A DNA stretch of 64,000 nucleotides, from positions 160,001 to 224,000 of the forward strand of contig JBCBZT010000004.1 of NCBI GenBank assembly GCA_039815185.1, written 5' to 3'. The translations under genes and the position numbers were made by a program. Of this stretch, positions 19,414-27,429 are shown one piece after another. The notes beneath the pieces were generated by a model. That model saw nothing but the letters and a program-made list of their open reading frames with translations. It had not been told where the DNA came from and did no database searches. Each line of letters starts with the position of its first letter. The first letter of the stretch is position 1. This DNA comes from Cyanobacteria bacterium P01_A01_bin.123. GTDB lineage: Bacteria; Cyanobacteriota; Cyanobacteriia; Phormidesmidales; Phormidesmidaceae.

Positions 19414-20787
19414 TTAGGGTGTTGTTGAACGTTGACGTGTTGCTTGGGTGAGCGAGTCGAGACTAGAAGACAGATTTACCGCAAAGGGAGCCGGATTGCC
19501 GATCTGGCGCACCGCTGGGGGTAAGCTGGTCACCGATTTAGCTGTGCGAGCGGCAATGGTGGTCAAATCATCATCGGCATAGAGCTGCTGACCTTGTTTA
19601 ATGACGGGTTGTAGCAGGGAGGTTTCCCTAGGGGCTACTGAGTCGGTGGCTAATCCTAAGCGATCGCTTAGAATTAGCCCATTCTCAACCCGGCGAAAGA
19701 TTTGCTTGCGGCCAGGGTAGGTCAGCTTGCCGCTAGATTCTTTCATCACGGGAATCCCTTCAATCTCTACCAGTTTATAAACGCCGTTGACCGGACGACC
19801 TGTGACCAGCTTCGTACCGATACCGTAACCGTCGATCACGGCTCCGGCTTGTTTTAACCGCAAGATTTCAGATTCATCCAGGTCGCCACTAGCAAAGATA
19901 GGGACTCCCGGCAGTAGCGATCGCACCTGGTTTGTCACCGTTGTCAAATCTCCCGAATCAATCCGCACCCCGGCCAAAGTGCCTTCCCCAGCTTCCAACG
20001 TTTGAGCCAAGTGGCGAGCCGCCGCTAGGGTGTCATAGGTGTCAATTAGCAAGGGGGCACCGGGAAAGTAGCGGTGAAAGGCGGCAAAAGCCTCAGTTTC
20101 GCTACCTTCTAGGGCCGCGATCGCCATGACTAAAGCATGGGCCATGGTGCCGGTAGGGTTTTGCCCCAGTTGTAGCGCTGCTAGGACGTTGGAGGTGGCG
20201 TTGAATCCACCTGCGATCGCGGCCCGCGCGGCCCACACTGACGCTTGAGGACTAAACGCACGACGGGTGCCAAACTCTAAAATTGTAGCCTCGGCCCCGG
20301 CTACGTCTCGCATGCGTGCTGCCCGTGTTGCAATTAGGGTTTGGTAATTGAGAGTGTTGAGTAAGTAGGTTTCCACCAGTTGGGCCTGCCACAACGGCGC
20401 TTCAACTCGCAATAGGGGTTCATTGGCAAACACCGCTGTGCCTTCGGGAACAGCCCACAGGTCTCCCGTGAACTTGGCATCGGTGAGCAATTGCCAAAAG
20501 GCGGCGGGGGCATGGTGAAAAATGCCAGACGCTTGCAGCTGTTCAATTTGAGCTGAGCCAAAGCGTAAGTTTGCTAGATAATCAATCACCTGGGCTAGTC
20601 CCATGGCAATCAGATACCCGAACCCCTCTGGTAGGCGGCGGGTAAACAACTCAAAACTGGCGGGACGCTGATCAATGCCTTCGCCCACATAGCACGCTGC
20701 CATGGTGAGCTGATAGAGATCAGTGAGCAACCCATAATCTTCAGAACAGATATTTAGAGAAGCGGTTGGAGAAGCAGCAGTGTTCAT
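19414..20787 (-). CDS. pncB: Nicotinate phosphoribosyltransferase
   Basis: LLTDLYQLTM, EFGTRRA, GTMAH, LIDTYDT, GVRIDSGD, ASGDLDE, GVYKLVE. Confidence 0.95.
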   Translation of the reverse strand: MNTAASPTASLNICSEDYGLLTDLYQLTMAACYVGEGIDQRPASFELFTRRLPEGFGYLIAMGLAQVIDYLANLRFGSAQIEQLQASGIFHHAPAAFWQLLTDAKFTGDLWAVPEGTAVFANEPLLRVEAPLWQAQLVETYLLNTLNYQTLIATRAARMRDVAGAEATILEFGTRRAFSPQASVWAARAAIAGGFNATSNVLAALQLGQNPTGTMAHALVMAIAALEGSETEAFAAFHRYFPGAPLLIDTYDTLAAARHLAQTLEAGEGTLAGVRIDSGDLTTVTNQVRSLLPGVPIFASGDLDESEILRLKQAGAVIDGYGIGTKLVTGRPVNGVYKLVEIEGIPVMKESSGKLTYPGRKQIFRRVENGLILSDRLGLATDSVAPRETSLLQPVIKQGQQLYADDDLTTIAARTAKSVTSLPPAVRQIGNPAPFAVNLSSSLDSLTQATRQRSTTP

Positions 20788-20802
20788 AAATAGCTTGATG
20801 AC

Positions 20803-20823
20803 TTATGGTTATTTTAACCAAAA
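20803..20823. promoter_or_regulatory. NrtR operator
   Basis: TTATGGTTATTTTAACCAAAA: 21-bp imperfect palindrome with GT-N7-AC core, 15 bp upstream of the pncB start in an operon that encodes NrtR. Confidence 0.8.
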
Positions 20824-21152
20824 ATATTGAGGCGATTCCAGATTTTTTGATCGAATTTAGATAAAGATTCTATGTTGTCACGCAGTTCTGACGGTAGCTA
20901 TAGCAGGGCTAGTGGAATCTAACCACTGTGTTATCTATATTTAGGGTGATTCGATAAAATTAATTTAGTAAGTATTAGTAGATTGGCTTAAAACTAATCC
21001 TTTCCCTATTGCAATACAAACCCTAAACCATTGCTGTGATCTGTTTAACAGTGGGAGTAATTGCAGGATTAAGGGTGCGGTCGATGCTACGCTTTGGCGT
21101 TGCGACGGCTACCAATAGTGGGCCTAAAAGCCCCTTGGGACGTGGCTTCTGC

Positions 21153-21183
21153 AATCCAAAATCGCCAATCTAAAATCCAAAAT
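21153..21183 (+). repeat. Heptamer (AATCCAA-type) short tandem repeat, copy 2
   Basis: AATCCAAAATCGCCAATCTAAAATCCAAAAT; preceded by TCTGC like copy 1. Confidence 0.7.
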
Positions 21184-21295
21184 TGGTAGCCTAGCGGTGA
21201 GATTGATCTAAGAGGCATCGCAGCCAGAGCGGGATAAATAGAAGCGGTCAAGATATGCTGAGAATAAGCAGTTCCCGTAAGTTTGCAGTGCAACT

Positions 21296-22171
21296 ATGAT
21301 CGGCCAGTCTCAACCCCCAACCTGGATCACTGTGCTTCGTCTCCTCCGTTGGGATAAACCCACGGGGCGATTGATTTTGATGATCCCGGCTTTGTGGGCC
21401 GTGTTTTTAGCAGGGCGCGGAACACCGCCAATGCTGCTGGTGGCTGTGATCATTTTAGGCAGCTTAGCGACCAGTGCTGGGGGATGTGTGGTGAATGATC
21501 TTTGGGATCGCAATATTGATCCCAAAGTAAAACGAACACGAAATCGGCCCTTGGCATCGCGGGCACTCTCCGTCAGGGTTGGGTTAGTTGTGGCCGCGAT
21601 CGCCTTCTTGTGTGCCTATGGACTCTCCCTATTTCTTACGCCCCTGAGTTTTGGGTTGTGCGTGGCGGCCGTGCCTGTGATTGTGTTCTATCCCCTGGCT
21701 AAGCGGGTGTTTCCGGTACCGCAGTTGGTGCTGGCGATCGCTTGGGGGTTCGCCGTACTGATTAGCTGGAGTGCGGTGACGGGTAGTCTGGAACCTGCAA
21801 CTTGGCTACTGTGGGCGGCTACGGTGCTGTGGACGCTGGGTTTTGACACGGTGTACGCCATTCCCGATCGTGACTATGACCGCAAGCTAAAGGTGAATTC
21901 GAGTGCGCTGTTTTTTGGTGATGGAACGCCCTTTGCCATTGGCGTCTTCTTTACGGCGACGGCTCTAATATTGGGATGGCTAGGGATCATGATGGCCTTA
22001 AGTGTGGTTTATTGGATAACTTTGGCGATCGCAGCAGCCCTTTGGATTCGGCAAGTGTGGCGACTCACTCGCCGCAATCCGCCAGGGACGCTCTATGGAA
22101 GCATTTTTCGCGAAAATGTTTATCTTGGCTTTGGCTTACTCGCTGGCATGATTGTTGGCAGCTTAGGTTAA
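21296..22171 (+). CDS. ubiA: 4-hydroxybenzoate solanesyl/polyprenyl transferase (plastoquinone pathway)
   Basis: LLRWDKP.G.LIL, NDLWDRNID..V.RT..RPLAS, FDTVYAIPDRDYD. Confidence 0.92.
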   Translation: MIGQSQPPTWITVLRLLRWDKPTGRLILMIPALWAVFLAGRGTPPMLLVAVIILGSLATSAGGCVVNDLWDRNIDPKVKRTRNRPLASRALSVRVGLVVAAIAFLCAYGLSLFLTPLSFGLCVAAVPVIVFYPLAKRVFPVPQLVLAIAWGFAVLISWSAVTGSLEPATWLLWAATVLWTLGFDTVYAIPDRDYDRKLKVNSSALFFGDGTPFAIGVFFTATALILGWLGIMMALSVVYWITLAIAAALWIRQVWRLTRRNPPGTLYGSIFRENVYLGFGLLAGMIVGSLG

Positions 22172-22218
22172 ATCACAAAATCCCAAGCTGGACTTGTTGA
22201 CATCCTAGTTTTCAATTA

Positions 22219-23070
22219 ATGAGCGCTAAAAGCAGCAAAGACAAGGCGCACTTTTGGCGTGATTCGCTGTTAGGCGATTTGGAATTTCTCCATGCTAACT
22301 ATGTCACCCATTCTTTTGTTCGGCACGCCCACGATGAGTTTGCGATTGGTGTTATTTACGCAGGGGTGCAGGCTGTTGGCTATCGGCGCGCGGATCAGCT
22401 ATTGATGCCCGCTGGCAGTATTGCGGCAATTAACCCAGGCGAAATGCATACAGGCTATGCGGCAAATCCGGAAGAGGGTTGGCGATATCGCATGTTTTAC
22501 CCAAAACCTGATTTGTTGAAGCGGGTTTTCGTCGAAATCACAGGCCGAGAACACGATGTTCCCTTTTTGACTCAGCCCGTTATTTTTGATGACCGATTGG
22601 CGCGTAAAATTTATCGGATGCACTGTGTCCTCGAATCACCGGAAACATCAGCGATAGAGCGCGAAACCTACTTGCTTGACGTGCTGGCGCAGCTTGTCAT
22701 TGGCTACGCAGATAGCCGGCCTGTCATCCTACCGCTTCAACCAGAAGATAGTATCGTGCAACGCATCCGCAATTATTTGATGGTCAACTATCGTCACAAT
22801 GTTTCGTTAACGGAGTTGTCTGGTCTAACCAATCTGAGCAAGTTCTACGTCTGTCGAGTCTTCAAGGAAGCAATGGGTCTACCGCCCCATGCTTATCTCA
22901 ATCTCATCCGGGTTCATCAGGCAAAGCAACTTCTGAAACTCGGTATCCCAATTGCAGAAGTTGCCTTGAATGTTGGTTTCTTCGACCAAACCCATTTAAA
23001 CAAACGATTTAAGGGTGTTTTGGGAGTTACGCCCAGACAATATGCCAAAGGCGCCACAAGAACTTACTAG
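22219..23070 (+). CDS. AraC family transcriptional regulator
   Basis: Cupin RHAHDEFAIG..INPGEMHTG; C-terminal double HTH (GLPPHAYL, GFFDQTHL..RFK..LGVTPRQY). Confidence 0.92.
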   Translation: MSAKSSKDKAHFWRDSLLGDLEFLHANYVTHSFVRHAHDEFAIGVIYAGVQAVGYRRADQLLMPAGSIAAINPGEMHTGYAANPEEGWRYRMFYPKPDLLKRVFVEITGREHDVPFLTQPVIFDDRLARKIYRMHCVLESPETSAIERETYLLDVLAQLVIGYADSRPVILPLQPEDSIVQRIRNYLMVNYRHNVSLTELSGLTNLSKFYVCRVFKEAMGLPPHAYLNLIRVHQAKQLLKLGIPIAEVALNVGFFDQTHLNKRFKGVLGVTPRQYAKGATRTY

Positions 23071-23143
23071 AGCTTTACCGAGCTTTCTCCTAAACTCAGC
23101 CTAATCTTTGATTCATGTCGGCAGATCTATCGACTTAGGAAAT

Positions 23144-24061
23144 ATGGGGCGCTTACGCATTTTTTACGCTGCTTATCTAGCACTGGGTATCATCTGGGGA
23201 ACTAACTTCCTTTATATGAAATGGGCCGCCCAGATCATTACGCCATCACAGATTGTTTTTTTAAGAGTCATGTCTGGCTTTTTACCTGTGCTTGCCGTTG
23301 CCATAGTCCAACGCCAAATTCGACTGTCGCACCTAAAACTAGCGCATCACTTTTTTGTGATGTCCCTCTTGGCAACAACGATTTATTTTTATTGCTTTGT
23401 TAAGGGAACGGCGCTCTTGAATTCTGGCATCGCAGGTGCATTAAGTGGTTCCATCCCGATCTTTTCCGCGATCGCAGCACTTTTGTTTTTGAAAGGGGAA
23501 AAGATCAATATTCTGAAATCTATTGGGATTCTGATTGGCTTTGTAGGGGTCTTACTAATTGCCAAGCCTTGGGATGCAGGTGCAACAGAGCTTAATATCA
23601 GTGGTGTGGTGTACATGGTGCTAGGCTCACTAAGCGTTGGTGCGTCATTTGTTTATGCGAAGAAATTCTTAGCAGGGCAAGACATACCCGCAGCAGCATT
23701 AACGTCGTACCAGATGCTATTTGCTTTGGTGAGCATGGCCTTAATCAATGATTTTCAAGGCATTACTTTAATCCGAAGCGATATTCAAGCACTACTGGGT
23801 GTGATTCTAGGGTTAGGTATTCTCGGTACGGGTTTAGCTTATGTGTTGTATTACTTAATTGTTGAAAATCTTGGCGCAATCATGGCATCATCGGTCACTT
23901 ATATTCCGCCTGTGATTGCATTATTCATAGGATTCTTCATCGCTGGAGAAATGATCGTCATTACTGACTGGATCGGGATGTTGATCATTCTATTTGGCGT
24001 TTACATATTGAGATTAGGCTCAAAGCAAAAAAAAGAGCCTTCAACAAGTCAGGATTTTTGA
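23144..24061 (+). CDS. DMT/EamA family transporter
   Basis: IWGTNF, about 10 TM, GTGLAYVLYY, VTYIPPVIA; AGGA RBS before ATG 23144. Confidence 0.9.
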   Translation: MGRLRIFYAAYLALGIIWGTNFLYMKWAAQIITPSQIVFLRVMSGFLPVLAVAIVQRQIRLSHLKLAHHFFVMSLLATTIYFYCFVKGTALLNSGIAGALSGSIPIFSAIAALLFLKGEKINILKSIGILIGFVGVLLIAKPWDAGATELNISGVVYMVLGSLSVGASFVYAKKFLAGQDIPAAALTSYQMLFALVSMALINDFQGITLIRSDIQALLGVILGLGILGTGLAYVLYYLIVENLGAIMASSVTYIPPVIALFIGFFIAGEMIVITDWIGMLIILFGVYILRLGSKQKKEPSTSQDF

Positions 24062-24120
24062 GGCGATCGCCACACCATACAGTATCGTTCAGATGATAGG
24101 GTTCAACGTTATTTTGTGTT

Positions 24121-24456
24121 ATGTCTGATAACTCTGATTTATTCTGCCAGCATTGGTGCCATTCTCAAGCAGAATCCTCGCGTGAAGTCATGGTTTATTA
24201 CACGGCGAGCTATCCACTGCCCGCGTCTAGGGGACGAACCGGACTGATCTTCAAACCAAGTGGTGAATTTATAAAACAGGTGATTGCCCCCACTTGTGGA
24301 TTAGAAGATATACCTGGAACTTGGCAGTGGCAGCCTAACGGCAATGTGTTCATTCAAGTTCCTGACGAGCAAATTAGCACTGAGTTGATTATCGTCTCAT
24401 TAACCGAGCAACAGCTTTGTATTCAGGCGGCGGCATGGTTGCTCTATCGTTTATAG
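24121..24456 (+). CDS. Hypothetical protein
   Basis: WxHS...YPLPASRGR.G..F...G...GTWQW pattern seen in a conserved small hypothetical family. Confidence 0.6.
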   Translation: MSDNSDLFCQHWCHSQAESSREVMVYYTASYPLPASRGRTGLIFKPSGEFIKQVIAPTCGLEDIPGTWQWQPNGNVFIQVPDEQISTELIIVSLTEQQLCIQAAAWLLYRL

Positions 24457-24637
24457 ATTTTCTGAACTGTGCAGCGTTCATTCTGTTTTTACCCTGGTAT
24501 TTTGGCTGGGAGGTTGGGAGACTATTTTGCTATCTCTACTCCTCGCTACTTAAGCCAAATCTCAAGAGAGCGGACGTGATTTATCGTCTTCTGCGCGCTT
24601 TGTTTGCTAAAAACGCAAACTCCCAATCGGATGTGGT

Positions 24638-25191
24638 TTATAACATTCTGAGTTTTGCAATGACCGGACGATGGTCAGACACGCCGGGAGGCGGTGTAAT
24701 CACTTGATCAACGCTAATACTTTGACTGGTAAAGATGTGATCGATCGGCAATTTAAAGGGTAGCTTTAACCGATCAAGTCGAGACAACGGACGTGCCGAA
24801 CTGCTATAAGACCAAGTCGGATTTAGACCGTGGCCCAAATTCACACTGCGTAGTTTTGACCGACGCATAAAGTCCCGGAAATAAGGAGACCAAGAGGTGA
24901 GGTTAAAGTTGCCCATCATGATTGTGGTGAGCTGCTGTTGCGCTGCATATGCTGCTAACGAAGCCATGGCCTGGTTTCGACTTATAAAGTTGTATTTAGA
25001 GACAGGTGCCAAGGGATGAGCAACCACAACTCGAACGCTTTTCCCTTGAACATCTACGATGGCAAAGCTGAGAACCAGAGGTAGCCTGCGCCTAAAAGTT
25101 CAAACAATCAAAATCGATACCATTGACCTGAAGAAAAGCTGAGCCCCAATAAGATAATTGCAATTGGCCAAAGCAAAATACTCAGGAGCAT
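24638..25191 (-). pseudogene. Endonuclease/exonuclease/phosphatase (EEP) family pseudogene
   Basis: ATG 25191 gives MLLSILLWPIAIILLGLSFSSGQWYRF*LFELLG (TGA 25110-25108); another frame carries the C-terminal VVVAHP...MGNFN...PIDHIF...SDHRPV; the middle of the domain is missing. Confidence 0.75.
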
Positions 25192-25286
25192 GGAATCTTC
25201 TTCCGTTGTCTGGTTATCCAAAACTAGAAACCAAAAATGGCAGCTGCAATGGTGTTAGACAATCTTGAAGCAACACTTGTGCGCAA

Positions 25287-26105
25287 TCATGGGCTCTTGT
25301 GAATTTGCTGTTCTAATCGATGAGCTAACCACAGATCCATAAACGGTCTAGGAGACTTTAAGCGCTTCCACAAAAATGCTGCATAGGCTTGCCGTCTCCG
25401 TTCAAGCTTCTGGGCAGACGCTGCTGGAGGTAGCAGCGGTTGGAGAAAACAATCTGGAATTTGTGCAATCACATCCTGCAGAACTTCAGTAGATAGCCTT
25501 GCGGTCAATTCCCTATCCCAGATATCCAAGTTACGAACCTTGTCCCAAAAGAGGTGACGATCCATCGCATACTTCATGCTGCGGGGAGACGATTCTCGAA
25601 CAGCAGACCAGTTATATTGGAAAGGAAGAGAGGCTCCGTGGTCGATCACCCAAAGTTTGTCTCGCCAACGCAGCAGATTTGGATTCCAAGCGGTGCGATC
25701 GACATTCATTACCAAGCTATCGAGCCAAAGCACCTGACAGGCAAGGTTCTCATCAATGGCCTCAATCTCGTTGGCATGGATATCTTTTGCCCCTTTCAGG
25801 TACTGAAAGCCCAAGTTGATGCCGTGGCTGGCCACGAGGAGATCTCTCAATTCATCTTCGCGGTCTTCGATTTTCAGCGAAGTATCGATTGAGATCAGCA
25901 CTCGACTTGGCATCCATAGCCCCAAAGCTTCAGCCAGCGCGGCAACAATGACCTCCGCTACCAGTGCCGATGTGCCTTGAGCTGCACCACGCAGCTTCGT
26001 CAAAAAATATCCGGCATCCGTTTCAATTAAGATGGGCCGTGAACTGCCAAGCTTCTGAGCTGAGACAACCCGGAGCGCAGAGTAGATTGGAATGGCATTA
26101 CCCAT
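25287..26105 (-). CDS. HipA-like kinase
   Basis: GSSRP, TKLRGAAQG...LVAEVI, NVDRT.WNPNLL, VIDHGASL; start 26105 or 26141. Confidence 0.85.
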   Translation of the reverse strand: MGNAIPIYSALRVVSAQKLGSSRPILIETDAGYFLTKLRGAAQGTSALVAEVIVAALAEALGLWMPSRVLISIDTSLKIEDREDELRDLLVASHGINLGFQYLKGAKDIHANEIEAIDENLACQVLWLDSLVMNVDRTAWNPNLLRWRDKLWVIDHGASLPFQYNWSAVRESSPRSMKYAMDRHLFWDKVRNLDIWDRELTARLSTEVLQDVIAQIPDCFLQPLLPPAASAQKLERRRQAYAAFLWKRLKSPRPFMDLWLAHRLEQQIHKSP

Positions 26106-26307
26106 ACTTAAAATAGGATGCAGGGCTGGTTTGTGGGGCACACATCAAGGAAAAGTAAACTTGCCCGGCACCCCTACAGGTAAAATTATGGATCTCGGGT
26201 ACAGGCAAGATTGAGGGATTTAGTCTCATTTTTAGTAACCAGAGACAAGGGGAGAAATCTGGTTGCTAGGGTAATAATTGAGTTTCCCTGAGGAGGAGTT
26301 GTTCATA

Positions 26308-27429
26308 ATGCGCGTTCGTTACTTAGGCTTGAGTCTCGTCAGTGTAGTAGCAGTGGCAGGTATCAATCTGCCCATCGTTCAAAGGGCGATCGCAGATATC
26401 GGCCCCATCCCCCCAATGGCCCAGCAATTACCCAATGATCCACCTGGAGATGAATCGTCCTCCAGCCCCTCTAATCTCCCTACCTTAGTACGCAACAGCT
26501 TGCGATTGCACATTGCTCAAAATACTGGTGTCCCTTACTCGTTAGTGCAGGTTGTTAGCGCTACTGCCGAAATCTGGACAGATTCGTGTCTGGGGTTAGG
26601 TGGCCCAGCAGAATCTTGTTTGGCTGCACGCTATCCCGGTTGGCGAGTTGAACTCACTGATGGCAACCAAACCTGGATTTATCGCAGCGATCGCACCGGC
26701 AATATCCTCCGTCGAGAATCGCCACAAAATGAAGCGTCAGGCTTGCCGCCGGAAACCGCTCAACGGATTGTTGATACTGTAGCCAACGATCGAGGCCTGC
26801 TGCCGTCCCAAGTTGAGATTATTGCTGCCGAATCCCGTACCTGGGATGGTTGCTTAGGCATTTATCCCGAAGCCAATACCATTTGCACCCAAATTGCGAT
26901 CTCCGGTTGGCGCGTGATCGTAGCTACCCCAGATCAGGTGCAGGTTTATCACACCAACCAAGATGGCAGCAATAGTCGGCTCAACCCATTGCTGACCCAA
27001 GTGGGGGATGCTAGCATTGCGCCTCGATTTCTCACAGGCCCTTTGCCAACCACCTATGAAGCCCCACCCCAATCCGTGTTGACCATTATCACCAGTGGCG
27101 GAATTGCTGGGCGTATCTATAAGACAGTACTCTACAGCGATCGCTCAATAGTCGGCTTCGACATAATCGGCAATCAAATTAACACACCTGCGGATTTAGG
27201 CCGTTTATCATCCCAAGACTACAACACCTTTTTACGTTTGCTTGAGACCCAACAGCTAAGAACCTTTAATGGCCTCCACTATCCTTCCCCCGAAGGTGCC
27301 GCCGATGATATTACGGTCACTCTAATCTCCGGCACCAATCAAGTCATTCAATATTCCGATATTGCGGTCAATCAACTCCCGTCTAGCCTGCAGCTCATAC
27401 ATCAAGGCTGGTTTGAACTGATTAATTAG
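26308..27429 (+). CDS. Secreted protein with two Cys-containing repeat domains and a C-terminal SGGIAG domain
   Basis: AGGAGG RBS, signal peptide (AIA|D), two WxDxCLG...C...GWRV...Y repeats. Confidence 0.75.
   Translation: MRVRYLGLSLVSVVAVAGINLPIVQRAIADIGPIPPMAQQLPNDPPGDESSSSPSNLPTLVRNSLRLHIAQNTGVPYSLVQVVSATAEIWTDSCLGLGGPAESCLAARYPGWRVELTDGNQTWIYRSDRTGNILRRESPQNEASGLPPETAQRIVDTVANDRGLLPSQVEIIAAESRTWDGCLGIYPEANTICTQIAISGWRVIVATPDQVQVYHTNQDGSNSRLNPLLTQVGDASIAPRFLTGPLPTTYEAPPQSVLTIITSGGIAGRIYKTVLYSDRSIVGFDIIGNQINTPADLGRLSSQDYNTFLRLLETQQLRTFNGLHYPSPEGAADDITVTLISGTNQVIQYSDIAVNQLPSSLQLIHQGWFELIN

Noticed and set aside
24417..24707. 96-aa plus-strand ORF
   Set aside because: Overlaps both neighbours and has no recognisable motif.
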